Counted from the stretch's first letter, positions 30,894 through 40,669 are shown. The stretch: 64,000 nucleotides of DNA from an uncultured Acidobacteriota bacterium (GCA_963828465.1 CAWHEU010000009.1:9318-73317), one strand, 5' to 3'. Numbers and translations: made by a program. Notes: generated from the letters alone by a model not told the origin.

Positions 30894-32045
30894 ATGGGTT
30901 TTCGCACCAAACAGGTACACGCCGGGGTGACACCCGACCCGACAACCGGGGCGATCCTCACCCCCATCCACCAATCGACGACCTTCGTCCAGAACTCAGT
31001 GGACGAGTACATGGGCAAGGGGTACTCCTACAGCCGCGGGGGAAACCCAACGGTTCGCGCCCTCGAGGAGAAGCTGACCGCCCTCGAGGAGGGTCACGAC
31101 ACCACCGCCTACACCTCCGGGATGGCGGCCACGGTCGCCGTCTTCCTCGGTCTCCTCCGGGCCGGTGACCACGTGGTCATCGCCGATGTGGTGTACGGCG
31201 GCACATATCGGTTCGCCGACCGATTCCTCACCAAGTTCGGGGTCGACGTCACCTTCGCCGACGCCTCGGATGCAGACAGAGTTGAAGCCGTGATGAGGCC
31301 TGAGACACGTATCGTCTTCACCGAGAGCCCGGCCAACCCGACGCTGAAGGTGACCGATCTGGCGGCCATCTCGGAGATCACCCGATCGGCCGGCGCCCTT
31401 CATGTCACCGACAACACGTTCCTCACCCCCTATTTCCAGAAGCCGTTCCAGCTCGGCGCCAACATCGTCATTCACTCGACGACCAAGTTCCTCGATGGTC
31501 ACAACGCGACCCTCGGCGGGGCGGTCGTCGTCGACGACGAGGAGCTGCACGAGAAGATTTCCTTCGCCCGCATCTCTGCCGGGCTGGTCATGTCGCCGAT
31601 GGTGGCCTGGCTCACCCTTCAGGGAGTCAAGACATTGAGCGAGCGCATGGACCGACAGTCGGCAAATGCCCTGGCCATCGCCGAGTGGCTCCGGGAACAC
31701 CCCAAGGTCGACTACGTCAATTACCCGGGGCTGACGTCCCATCCGCAGTTTGAGCTCTCGTCGCGTCAGGCCAGCGGGTTCGGCGCCCTGGTGTGCTTCG
31801 AGGTACACGGTGGTGCGGAGACAGGCAAGAAGCTGATGGACGCGGTCGAGCTGTGGAGCCTCGCCGAGAATCTGGGTGCGGTGGAATCGCTGATCACCCA
31901 CCCGGTCACCATGACCCACGCTGCGGTGCCGGCCGAGGAGAGGGTGGCCGCGGGCATCACCGACGGGCTGGTCCGGCTCTCGGTCGGGCTGGAAGATGTC
32001 GAGGACTTGATCGCGGACCTGGAATCCGCTCTCGACCGGGTCTAG
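30894..32045 (+). CDS. Cystathionine gamma-synthase/lyase (Cys/Met PLP enzyme, MetB family)
   Basis: YSRGGNPT, SGMAA, ESPANP, DNTF, HSTTKFLDGH, AENLGAVESL, RLSVGLED. Confidence 0.9.
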   Translation: MGFRTKQVHAGVTPDPTTGAILTPIHQSTTFVQNSVDEYMGKGYSYSRGGNPTVRALEEKLTALEEGHDTTAYTSGMAATVAVFLGLLRAGDHVVIADVVYGGTYRFADRFLTKFGVDVTFADASDADRVEAVMRPETRIVFTESPANPTLKVTDLAAISEITRSAGALHVTDNTFLTPYFQKPFQLGANIVIHSTTKFLDGHNATLGGAVVVDDEELHEKISFARISAGLVMSPMVAWLTLQGVKTLSERMDRQSANALAIAEWLREHPKVDYVNYPGLTSHPQFELSSRQASGFGALVCFEVHGGAETGKKLMDAVELWSLAENLGAVESLITHPVTMTHAAVPAEERVAAGITDGLVRLSVGLEDVEDLIADLESALDRV

Positions 32046-32623
32046 GGCGTCCTCGCCCTGACCAGGGTGTCACGGGCGTACTTGCGGCCCTCGTCCGTTT
32101 CGACTGGGCGATTCACCACCTCGGCCTCGACGATGACGAGACCATCGAGCCAGCCGAGCACCGCGGGCACATCCCACAACAGCTCCGGGTACTGGGGCCC
32201 GCCCCAGCCATCGGTGGGGTTGGACACATCGTGTCCGATCAGAAACAGTTCGCCCCCGGGGGCGAGCCAATCTCTCGCCCGCCGCACGATTGTCTCGTAA
32301 TCGCCCGGGACCAGATGCAGATAGGCGATGAGCACGAGATCGAAACTCTGCCCGGTTTCCCACGTCCGAACGTCGGCGACCACGAAGTCGACTGCGTCAG
32401 ACTGCGCCTTGCCCTTGCTGATTGCCACCTCGGAGAAGTCGACCGCGGTCATCTCCCAACCGAGTGAGGCGAGCCAGATTGCATTGCGCCCCTCGCCCGC
32501 GGCGAGATCGAGGCCTCGGCCCGGAGCCATGCCGCCCAAGCGATCCGCTACGAAGAGATTGGGAGTGACCGACCACAGATGGTCGTGAGCGCGATACCGC
32601 TCGTCCCATTCGGCGGAATCCAC
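32042..32623 (-). CDS. Class I SAM-dependent methyltransferase
   Basis: WDERY, LDLAAGEGRNAIWLA, VDFS. Confidence 0.88.
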   Translation of the reverse strand: MDSAEWDERYRAHDHLWSVTPNLFVADRLGGMAPGRGLDLAAGEGRNAIWLASLGWEMTAVDFSEVAISKGKAQSDAVDFVVADVRTWETGQSFDLVLIAYLHLVPGDYETIVRRARDWLAPGGELFLIGHDVSNPTDGWGGPQYPELLWDVPAVLGWLDGLVIVEAEVVNRPVETDEGRKYARDTLVRARTP

Positions 32624-32639
32624 TATTCGTGGCCCGTCA

Positions 32640-34154
32640 CTAGCCGAACTCGATGCCCTGGGCCAGAGGCAGGTCGTCACCCCAGTTGATCGTGGTCGTC
32701 TGTCGGCGCATGTACGCCTTCCAGGCGTCGGATCCAGCCTCCCTGCCCCCACCCGTCTCCTTCTCCCCGCCGAAGGCGCCGCCGATCTCAGCGCCCGACG
32801 TCCCGATGTTGACGTTGGCGATTCCGCAGTCGGAGCCGCCGCCGCTGAGGAATCTCTCGGCGTTCTTGATCGACTCGGTGAAGATGGCCGAGGAGAGGCC
32901 CTGGGTCACTCCGTTCTGAATCTGGATCGCCTCGTCGAGGGTGTCGAACTCGATAACCCATAGGATCGGGGCGAAGGTCTCCTGTTGGGTGATCGACGCC
33001 TCCTTGGGCACCACCGCGATGGTGGGCTCGACGAAGAACCCGGGCCTGTCGAGGCGGTTGCCTCCGGTGACGATCCTCGCCCCCTGCTCCCGTGCGATAT
33101 CGAGGGCGTCCATCATCTGCACGACGGCGCGCTCCCCGACCAGCGGGCCCATGAGCGTCCCGCTCTCCAGCGGGTCCCCGATGCTCACCTGTTTGTAGGC
33201 CTCGGTGAGACGGCTCACCAGCTTGTCGGCGACAGCACGGTGGACGAGGAGCCGGCGAAGGCTGGTGCATCTCTGGCCGGCGGTGCCAACGGCTGAGAAG
33301 AGGGTGGCCCGGACAGCCAGATCGATGTCGGCGTCATCCATCACGATCACGGCGTTGTTGCCACCAAGCTCGAGGATCGTCCGGCCCATGCGCTGGGCGA
33401 CGGCCGGGCCGACGATGCGTCCCATGTTGCAGGACCCGGTGGCTGAGATGAGGGGCAATCTCGTGTCCTGATTCATCCGGTTGCCGACCGTGGCCCCGTC
33501 ACCGACGACGAGGTTGAACACGCCCTCGAACCCACTGCCGTCCATCACTTCGTGAGCGATGCGGGTGACCGCGACAGCGGTGAGCGGGGTCCGCTCCGAA
33601 GGCTTCCAAACCACCGTGTCGCCACAGACGGCGGCGAGGGCGGAATTCCACGACCAGACGGCGACCGGGAAGTTGAAGGCCGAGATCACGCCAACCGGCC
33701 CGAGCGGATGCCAATGCTCGTACATTCGGTGATTGGGCCGCTCCGAAGCCATCGTGCTCCCATAGAGCTGCCGGGAGAGTCCCACTGCGAAGTCACAGAT
33801 GTCGACCATCTCCTGCACCTCGCCGACCCCCTCGGGAAAGATCTTTCCCATCTCGAGGGTGACCAGGGCGCCGAGCGGCTCGATGTTCTCCCGCAGGGCG
33901 TCGCCCAGACGTCGGACGTACTGCCCTCGCTGGGGGGCAGGCAGGAGGCGCCATCGGTCGAATGTCTCGACCGACTGGGCGACCACCCGGTCGTAATCCG
34001 CTTCCGAGGCCATGCCGACCGTCGCCAGCGTCTCGCCGGTTGTGGGGTTGACCACTTCGATCCCCTCGCCGGTCGGCTCGAGCCACTCGCCGGCGAATAC
34101 ACCACTGTTGTGGTCGCCGAGGCCCAGGGCCCCGAAGATCTCTTGCTTGTTCAT
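32640..34154 (-). CDS. Aldehyde dehydrogenase family 7 (piperideine-6-carboxylate/alpha-aminoadipic semialdehyde DH-like)
   Basis: SAFNFPVAVWSWN, LELGGNNA, GTAGQRCT, SGAEIGGAFGGEKETGGGRE. Confidence 0.9.
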   Translation of the reverse strand: MNKQEIFGALGLGDHNSGVFAGEWLEPTGEGIEVVNPTTGETLATVGMASEADYDRVVAQSVETFDRWRLLPAPQRGQYVRRLGDALRENIEPLGALVTLEMGKIFPEGVGEVQEMVDICDFAVGLSRQLYGSTMASERPNHRMYEHWHPLGPVGVISAFNFPVAVWSWNSALAAVCGDTVVWKPSERTPLTAVAVTRIAHEVMDGSGFEGVFNLVVGDGATVGNRMNQDTRLPLISATGSCNMGRIVGPAVAQRMGRTILELGGNNAVIVMDDADIDLAVRATLFSAVGTAGQRCTSLRRLLVHRAVADKLVSRLTEAYKQVSIGDPLESGTLMGPLVGERAVVQMMDALDIAREQGARIVTGGNRLDRPGFFVEPTIAVVPKEASITQQETFAPILWVIEFDTLDEAIQIQNGVTQGLSSAIFTESIKNAERFLSGGGSDCGIANVNIGTSGAEIGGAFGGEKETGGGREAGSDAWKAYMRRQTTTINWGDDLPLAQGIEFG

Positions 34155-34533
34155 CTCGCTGCCACCACCTCTATCTCCACGAGGAAGCCTCCCGGGAGGG
34201 CAGCCGCCTGAATGGCGGAGCGCGCCGGAGGCTCGGTCCCGAAGTATGAGCCGTAAACGTCGTTGACCTTGGGGTAGTCGGCCATGTCAGCCATGAAGAT
34301 CGTTGTCTTCACGATGTCCTGGTAGGTCGAGTCCGACGTCACCGAGAATCACGCCGATGTTGTCCATGACCTGCCGGGCTTGCACTTCGACGTCGTCCGG
34401 ACGGCGCTCACCCGTGGCAGGGTCCAGGGCGACCTGCCCGCTCAGGAACACCAGACCCGCCGGCCTCTGCGGCGAAGGAATACGGGCCCATCGCCTTGGG
34501 CGCCGACGGGGTCGAAAGGACTTTCTTGGGCAA
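34151..34533 (-). CDS. RidA-family (YjgF) enamine deaminase, two apparent extra bases (~34457, ~34328)
   Basis: Spliced frames give APKAMGPYS...VFLSGQVALDP...VKTTIF...PPARSA...LP...VEIE; TTG start with AGGAG RBS. Confidence 0.85.
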
Positions 34534-34598
34534 ACAGGGGCTCCTGGTCGATACCAGGCTGAGGGTACCCCTGGGGGCGACCCAACCCTCAAGCCGTG

Positions 34599-34961
34599 TC
34601 AGGAGAAGCTGTTGCCGCAGCCGCAGGTGCGACTGACGTTGGGGTTGTTGATGGAGAACCCCGCTCCCATCAGACCGTCCTTGTAGTCGAGGGTCGAGCC
34701 CTTGACCATCTCGGCGCTCTGTGGATCGACAACCACTCTGACGTCGCCGAACTCCTCGACGATGTCGGTGTCGTCGATCTGGCTGTCGAAGAACATCTCG
34801 TAGGAGAACCCGCTACAGCCCCCGGGGCGGACCGCCATGCGAAGGGCGAGCCCGGACTCCCCTTCGGCGGCGATCAACTCGCCGATCTTCGTCACGGCGA
34901 AGTCGGTCACCTCGACCGTCTTCTCGGGCTTGTTCGACTTGATGCTGAGGATCTGTGTCAT
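34599..34961 (-). CDS. erpA: A-type Fe-S carrier (ErpA/IscA, HesB family)
   Basis: VRPGGCSGFSY, NNPN...CGCGNSF. Confidence 0.85.
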   Translation of the reverse strand: MTQILSIKSNKPEKTVEVTDFAVTKIGELIAAEGESGLALRMAVRPGGCSGFSYEMFFDSQIDDTDIVEEFGDVRVVVDPQSAEMVKGSTLDYKDGLMGAGFSINNPNVSRTCGCGNSFS

Positions 34962-35073
34962 CGCTTTTTAACTCTGGTCCTGAACCTGGTGGCCTGTGTC
35001 GTCCATATTAACCGTCTCCGGCCCGTGGACCATTCCCCCTATATCGGTAGTGGAAATTACCATTGAGAGTGCA

Positions 35074-36213
35074 ATGGTCACCCGCAACGACGTCATCAAG
35101 ACGCTCGAAGGTGTCCGCGACCCGGAGCTGGGCGGCAACATCGTCGAGTTGGGGATGGTCACCGATGTCGACATCACCGGCACTTCGGTGGAAGTCGGCA
35201 TCGCGCTGACCGTCGCCGAATGCCCGCTGCGAAACCAGATCGAGAACGACACCAAACGCCGGGTGCAGGCCATGCCCGGTGTCGATCACGTCGATGTGCG
35301 AACCACTGCGATGACCAAGAAGCAGCGGGCGGGCCTCATGTCGGTGGCCAGGGCGAAGGCACGGGCGAGCGCCGAGCCGACCCAGGTTTCCCCCACGACC
35401 AGAGTCATCGCCATCGGATCGGGCAAGGGCGGCGTCGGAAAATCATCCATCGCTGTGAACGTCGCAGTGGCCATGTCCCAGGCCGGGTTCCGTGTTGGCC
35501 TTCTCGACGCCGATATCTGGGGCTTCTCCACACCGCGGATGCTCGGTGTCGAGGATCGCCTCGAGGCGAACGAGGACAGCAAGCTGATCGTGCCGGTAGA
35601 GGCTCAGGGCGTGAAGCTGGTTTCGACCGGGCTCATTATCGAGACCGAAGAAACCGCGCTCATGTGGCGCGGCCTCATGTTGTCAAAGGCTCTCGAGCAG
35701 TTCCTCAAGCAGGTGGAATGGGGCGAGCTCGACTATCTGATCATCGATCTCCCGCCAGGGACCGGCGACATCCAGATGGCGCTGACCCGCATGCTCCCCC
35801 AGGCCGAGATGGTGGTGGTCACCACCCCGCAACGCGCGGCCCAGAAAGTGGCTGTCCGGGTGGCCGACATGGCGCGGCGCTCGCACATGCCGGTGGTCGG
35901 TGTCATCGAGAACATGGCTGGTCTCGCCTGCGCCTGTGGCCGGGTACATGATGTGTTCGGTGAGGGAGGCGGACGTGAGCTTGCCGACGACCTGGGTGTG
36001 CCCCTCATCGCCTCGATTCCACTGGATCCGGAGGTCGTCCCCGGCGGCGATCACGGAACTCCCGTAGTGACGACCGGATCCGGCTCACCCGCAGGGATCG
36101 CCATGCGCGACGCCGCCGCCCGGCTCGTCGAACTCGTGCCGCCGGCGGACATGGAGACGTGCACGGGTCGTATCGCCAAGATCCTCACCGAGTTGGAGGA
36201 GCTGCCGGCCTGA
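35074..36213 (+). CDS. mrp: Mrp/ApbC/NBP35 Fe-S carrier ATPase with N-terminal DUF59 domain
   Basis: VRDPELG..IVELG, SGKGGVGKS, DADIWG, WRG, DLPPGTGD, ENM. Confidence 0.9.
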   Translation: MVTRNDVIKTLEGVRDPELGGNIVELGMVTDVDITGTSVEVGIALTVAECPLRNQIENDTKRRVQAMPGVDHVDVRTTAMTKKQRAGLMSVARAKARASAEPTQVSPTTRVIAIGSGKGGVGKSSIAVNVAVAMSQAGFRVGLLDADIWGFSTPRMLGVEDRLEANEDSKLIVPVEAQGVKLVSTGLIIETEETALMWRGLMLSKALEQFLKQVEWGELDYLIIDLPPGTGDIQMALTRMLPQAEMVVVTTPQRAAQKVAVRVADMARRSHMPVVGVIENMAGLACACGRVHDVFGEGGGRELADDLGVPLIASIPLDPEVVPGGDHGTPVVTTGSGSPAGIAMRDAAARLVELVPPADMETCTGRIAKILTELEELPA

Positions 36214-36220
36214 CCCAGCG

Positions 36221-36829
36221 TCAGCCCTTGGTACCGCCTCCGAGCAACCCACCGAGTAGATCGCCGATGACATCCGAGGAGCCTCCGGACCCCCCACTGC
36301 CACCGAGCAGCCCGCCGAGCAAGTCACCGATCCCGCCGGATCCGCCGCCGCCCGTGGCACTGCCGATGAGGTCTTCCAGGCCACCCGTCGATCCCCCCGA
36401 AGGCGTCGGTCCCGGGCCCTGCCCGGCGGCCTGGCCCTGACCGAGGAATTTGCCCGCCAGCAGGTTGAGGACAATCGGAGCCAGAATCGGAAGCAGCTTG
36501 GCCATCAGGTTCGAGCCGCCAGTGTCACCGCCCAGCTTGTTGATCACTTGCTCGCTGTTATCGCCGAAGACGTTGCCGACGATGGCCTCGCCATCCGCGG
36601 TGTCGATCGAGCCGAGGTCGAGGCCCTCTAATGGGCTCCCGGCGTGCTGGCCTAAGGCATTCTCGAGGGAAGCGGCACCTCCCGGGTCCCGAGCATTGGC
36701 CTCCATCCCACCCAGCAATGCGGGCACGGCCTGACGCACGGCTTGCTGGGCGGTCGCCTCGTCCACGCCGAGCCGTTGGGCGAGCTGATCGAGCGGGATC
36801 TGCGAGAGGATCTCATCCGCAGTATCCAT
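36221..36829 (-). CDS. DUF937-family protein
   Basis: VPALLGGM, LENALGQH, DGEAIVGNVFG, LLPILAPIVL, Gly-rich LGGLLGG repeats. Confidence 0.75.
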   Translation of the reverse strand: MDTADEILSQIPLDQLAQRLGVDEATAQQAVRQAVPALLGGMEANARDPGGAASLENALGQHAGSPLEGLDLGSIDTADGEAIVGNVFGDNSEQVINKLGGDTGGSNLMAKLLPILAPIVLNLLAGKFLGQGQAAGQGPGPTPSGGSTGGLEDLIGSATGGGGSGGIGDLLGGLLGGSGGSGGSSDVIGDLLGGLLGGGTKG

Positions 36830-36899
36830 GAGAGCTCCTTCCGCGTCCGCCAGGCGGCGGCCGCGCTCCGACCCTACGCGGTCACCTGTCGAGTCGGGA

Positions 36900-37691
36900 T
36901 CAGGGAGTCACCGGCTGGCCGGTCATCAGCTTGTAGGCATACGCCGTTGCGATGATCGTCACCGGGATGGCGACGATCAGCCCGATCCCGCAGAGGATGG
37001 CGCCGACGATGAAGGCGAGGATCGAGGCGAAGAAGAGCCCGACCACAGAGCCGAGGTTCTGATTCACCAGGGCGAAGCTGGCCTTGATGGCGTCGAATGC
37101 CGGGAGACCCTTGTCCAGGATGAACTGATAAGTGAACATGGAAAAGAAGATCAGGATCAGGCCGGGAATGATGCACAGGATCAGGCCGATGGCGGTGCCG
37201 ATGGCGAGCAGGATCGACGCCAGCACCACCTGACCAAGGTGCTCGGTCGACAGGAATGTGCTCAATTCGATTCTCTGCCCCTCGGTGATCTTCAAGGCAC
37301 CACGCACCACCGCGGCCTGAATGAGAAGGCTCACGAGTGCGCTCAAAAGCGAGAAGAACAGGTAGCCGACCCCGAAAAACATCCCAATGCCGATGTCGTC
37401 CGTATCAGTGAGCTCGCCGAATCCTCCGCCTAGAAGGGTGGCGATGAAGTTCACCGCCCCACCGACCACGATGAAGATCAACATCGCGATCAGGATCGGG
37501 CCCAGGTACTCCTGGAACTTCTTCCACCCGTAGTTGAAGGCGTCGCCAACCTGGAAAGGGGCACCGCCAGGCACCAACGGGGGAGGCGGGGGCGGAGGTG
37601 TGGGTGGGACCGCCGGCTCGCTCGGTTGTGCAGGTGGGACGGGCTCGATCGGCGCTCCAGAATCTGGTGGAATCGGCGGCTCGGTCGTCAT
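36900..37691 (-). CDS. Integral membrane protein with Pro-rich N-terminus
   Basis: Pro-rich start, GDAFNYGWKKF, LCIIPGL, AIKASF, YAYK.L. Confidence 0.75.
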   Translation of the reverse strand: MTTEPPIPPDSGAPIEPVPPAQPSEPAVPPTPPPPPPPLVPGGAPFQVGDAFNYGWKKFQEYLGPILIAMLIFIVVGGAVNFIATLLGGGFGELTDTDDIGIGMFFGVGYLFFSLLSALVSLLIQAAVVRGALKITEGQRIELSTFLSTEHLGQVVLASILLAIGTAIGLILCIIPGLILIFFSMFTYQFILDKGLPAFDAIKASFALVNQNLGSVVGLFFASILAFIVGAILCGIGLIVAIPVTIIATAYAYKLMTGQPVTP

Positions 37692-37817
37692 CTGTCTTTC
37701 TCCCGTCTGAGGTGGGTGAGAGGCTAACGAATAAGGATCCACCGCGACGGCCAGGGTCGCATCTCTCTCCAGGTGACTAGTCACAACGAGTGGGAATGGG
37801 AACTGTCCTTTAACGAC

Positions 37818-37920
37818 CACTCTCCGTGTTGGAAGATGACGACCAGAACGTGCCTCGGTGCGTGGGGGCTAGGGGCAACGGGAGGCAGACTCGGAAGAGG
37901 ACCCGAAAGGGTCCTCTTTC
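37818..37920 (+). ncRNA. Candidate structured small RNA (rod with purine-rich internal loop) ending in a terminator
   Basis: CTCC(G)TGTTG/CAACGGGAG outer stem, ACGTGC-CTCG-GTGCGT apical hairpin, plus-strand terminator with no plus-strand CDS upstream. Confidence 0.4.
37894..37920 (+). terminator. Intrinsic terminator hairpin (possibly bidirectional)
   Basis: AAGAGGACCC-GAAA-GGGTCCTCTT followed by TC. Confidence 0.75.
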
Positions 37921-37936
37921 GGCATTCAGCGGGAGA

Positions 37937-39106
37937 TCAGCACAGATCTCGAACCAGCGGATACGGGTTGACCGCTGAACCCCCACCGGGGTGATACTCG
38001 AAGTGGAGATGAGGGAGGAATTCGGGCGCATTGCCCGATGACCCGTTGTAGCCGATCACTTCACCCTCGGACACGCTCTGCCCGTCGCTCACGTTGGCGA
38101 AGCTCTCGAGGTGGGCGTAGAAGAACGTGTCGCCGCCGTCGGAGCGGAACCAGATGGCGAGACCACTGAGGCTGCCATCGGTAAGCCTCTGGATCGTCCC
38201 CGAATATATGGCGACGATCGGCGTGTTCCTGGCAGCCATCATGTCCACGCCTTGATGGGCGCGGCCCCCTGATCGAGCATCGCCCCACGAGTCGGAGAAG
38301 GAGACGGCTCCGGCCACAGGACATGCCCCGCCACTTGACGACGGAGGCGGCGGAGGTTCGGAGGGGACAGTCGTGTCGGGTGCCTCCTCCGGGGGCGTGG
38401 TGGTCTCGGTTGGGGCCTCGGATTCGCCATCGGTGGGCTCTGTCGATCCGGGCGCGGTGGTGGTCGTGGCGTTACGCGCCGCCTCCTCGGCTGCCCTGCG
38501 ACGTGCCTCTTCCTCCGCAGCGCGACGGGCCGCCTCCTCGGCGGCCTGCTGTGCGACCAGGCCGTCGTAGACCGCCTGCGCATCCACCAACTGACCCTGC
38601 AGGTCTCCGGCCTTCGACTCCAACTCGGTGGTCAGGACCTCCTGCTCGGCCGAGGCCTCTTCCAGGCGTCCGGTCTGGCGGTCCAGCTCACCCCGAAACG
38701 AGCGCAGCTGGTTGATCACGTCGGCGTCGTTGCCGGTCACGTTCCTGAGATATTCGACACCGGCCCCGTAGCTCTCGTCACTCGCCGAAAACAGAACCTG
38801 CATCGACGTAGCGGTGGACGAACCCATGTACATCTCGACCGCCACCTCTTCCAGCTTCTGCTCCGTATCGCCGATCTTGACCCTCGCCAGTTCGATCGAA
38901 GCGTTGAGATCGGTGATCTCCCGATCGAGGGCGAACTGGCGGGACCACGCCTCTTGGACCTCGTCACCGAGAGCCTGGGCCTCGGCCATGACCTCGTTGA
39001 CCTCGCTGCGGGCGCGGTCGATGTCCTCGTCGGTTACTTGGGCAGTGGCGGGGAGGGCCACAGCCATGACGAGCAGGGCAAGCAGGGTCCTGGCGTAGCG
39101 TGTCAC
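37937..39106 (-). CDS. Coiled-coil M23 peptidoglycan endopeptidase
   Basis: Signal peptide, long coiled coil, HQGVD, YAHL, HLHFE, NPY. Confidence 0.9.
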   Translation of the reverse strand: MTRYARTLLALLVMAVALPATAQVTDEDIDRARSEVNEVMAEAQALGDEVQEAWSRQFALDREITDLNASIELARVKIGDTEQKLEEVAVEMYMGSSTATSMQVLFSASDESYGAGVEYLRNVTGNDADVINQLRSFRGELDRQTGRLEEASAEQEVLTTELESKAGDLQGQLVDAQAVYDGLVAQQAAEEAARRAAEEEARRRAAEEAARNATTTTAPGSTEPTDGESEAPTETTTPPEEAPDTTVPSEPPPPPSSSGGACPVAGAVSFSDSWGDARSGGRAHQGVDMMAARNTPIVAIYSGTIQRLTDGSLSGLAIWFRSDGGDTFFYAHLESFANVSDGQSVSEGEVIGYNGSSGNAPEFLPHLHFEYHPGGGSAVNPYPLVRDLC

Positions 39107-39876
39107 GTGGGGTTGGTGGGAAGTGGGACGAGTACGGGCCCCGAAGAGGCTATCCGCCCTTCCTCAAACAGCAACACCAGGTGCGCCTCGACCGAACGGG
39201 CGGCGAGCGGGTGCAGCGTGCGATCGACGTCCTGATAGACGACCTCGACGATCTCATCGGTAGAGCCGGCGCCACCCCGGATCGCCTCCAGTATCTCCTC
39301 ATGCCGCTGACGACGATGGGCCAGATACCAATCGATCACGTCGTCGGGACGGTCCATCTCATCCCCGTGACCGGGATTCAGCCTGCTCAGACCCGTCCCA
39401 CGGAGTTTTTCCAACGAGGCCAGATAGCTGCCCATGTCTTCCACCATCACCGACGATCCTCCCATTATGTGATCGCCGGTGAAGAGAACGTCGGCCAATC
39501 GGAAACAAACGTGGTCGTCGGCGTGACCCGGAGTGTGGATCACCTCGAGCCGGCTCTCGCCGATGTCGATCACAGAGCCTTCGCCGATGCGCAGGTCGGG
39601 GTCGAAGGCGGGGCCTGGCGCATACCCGTAGGCGGGAACACCCAGCTCGCGGGCGAGGGGGTTGGCCAGCGGGGCATGGTCGGGATGGGTGTGTGTGACC
39701 AGGACTCCCAGCGGGGTCAGCTGGGCTGTCTGCTCCACGATCCGGTCGCGGTGGACGTCGTCGACGGGGCCGGGGTCGATCACGACACATCCCCCGCCGT
39801 CATCCACGAGCCAGGTGTTGGTCCCTGGCCCAGTGAAGGGCCCCGGATTGTTGGCGAGGATGCGTTGGATTCGCAT
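39103..39876 (-). CDS. Metallo-beta-lactamase-fold hydrolase (LACTB2-like)
   Basis: NPGPFTGPGTNTW, THTHPDH, TPGHADDH, FTGDH, PGHG. Confidence 0.88.
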   Translation of the reverse strand: MRIQRILANNPGPFTGPGTNTWLVDDGGGCVVIDPGPVDDVHRDRIVEQTAQLTPLGVLVTHTHPDHAPLANPLARELGVPAYGYAPGPAFDPDLRIGEGSVIDIGESRLEVIHTPGHADDHVCFRLADVLFTGDHIMGGSSVMVEDMGSYLASLEKLRGTGLSRLNPGHGDEMDRPDDVIDWYLAHRRQRHEEILEAIRGGAGSTDEIVEVVYQDVDRTLHPLAARSVEAHLVLLFEEGRIASSGPVLVPLPTNPT

Positions 39877-40568
39877 CAGTCGTCTGAAGGGAGGTGGATG
39901 GGCACGAAGCTGCCGTCCTCCATTCGTCTCGGCTCGACCAGGGAACGGCCGTCGGCACCCTTTGCGGCGGTGACGGCCTCGTGAACCGTGGCTCTTCGCT
40001 CCAGCCATCGGAGATGGGCGATGGTCGGCAGAAACATCTGCAGACCTCCGTCGGCATGCATGACCAGGGCATCGCCTGGCGCAACCCACATATGTTCGAC
40101 CAGTTCATCGCCGTCGATGCGGATGTCCGGCGCGTCCGCGGCGATGGCCAGATAGAAACGTGTGTCGTACCGGGATGGAGCCTCCTCGGGGGTTACCCAT
40201 CGGGAAACGAGAGTCAGCGCCGACGCGTCCAGCCGGATCCCGGCTGCGCGAATGTTGGAGAGCAAGCTTTCGCCGCGTCCGTCAGGGGCCGAGACCACTC
40301 CCTCGATGGTCAAGGCGAGACCGGTCTCCTCGGCCAGTTCTCGAAGGGCAGCTACCCGGAACTCCTGGTCCGTGTGGTCGCCGGGCACCACATCGCCGGC
40401 CAGCCCGGAAGTGTCGACCGGGTCGACCGCCCCGCCGGGGAAGACGGTCAGGCCACCGAAGAATCCTCGTGGCCGGCGGCGAACCATGAGAACCTCGATC
40501 CCTGCCACCGAATCCCTGATCAGCATCACCGTCGCCGCGGGGCGGGCTTCGACCAGAGGCGCCTCCAT
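39876..40568 (-). CDS. NUDIX hydrolase (NUDT19-like)
   Basis: PAATVMLIRD, VFPGGAVD, ALRELAEETG, RWVTP...RYDTRF, PT. Confidence 0.88.
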   Translation of the reverse strand: MEAPLVEARPAATVMLIRDSVAGIEVLMVRRRPRGFFGGLTVFPGGAVDPVDTSGLAGDVVPGDHTDQEFRVAALRELAEETGLALTIEGVVSAPDGRGESLLSNIRAAGIRLDASALTLVSRWVTPEEAPSRYDTRFYLAIAADAPDIRIDGDELVEHMWVAPGDALVMHADGGLQMFLPTIAHLRWLERRATVHEAVTAAKGADGRSLVEPRRMEDGSFVPIHLPSDD

Positions 40569-40597
40569 CCCGGCATCCTAGGAACCCGACCAGTACG

Positions 40598-40648
40598 ACG
40601 AACCTCAGGTTGTCCGGCCCACATACGGGCCGAATCGCCTCGAGTAGC
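40598..40648 (+). repeat. 51-bp dispersed REP/MITE-like element, copy C (degenerate)
   Basis: 34/51 identical without gaps to copy A at 30810-30860. Confidence 0.65.
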
Positions 40649-40669
40649 CGCTGTCCAGTAAGCGGATGA

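Noticed and set aside
36221-36420. Tandem DNA repeats or CRISPR-like array
   Set aside because: Low-complexity Gly-rich coding repeats (GDLLGGLLGG) within the DUF937 protein, with no constant repeat-spacer structure
37773-37785. CRP site upstream of the candidate sRNA
   Set aside because: GTGA-N4-TCAC spacing does not fit the CRP N6 spacing; kept only as an unassigned palindrome
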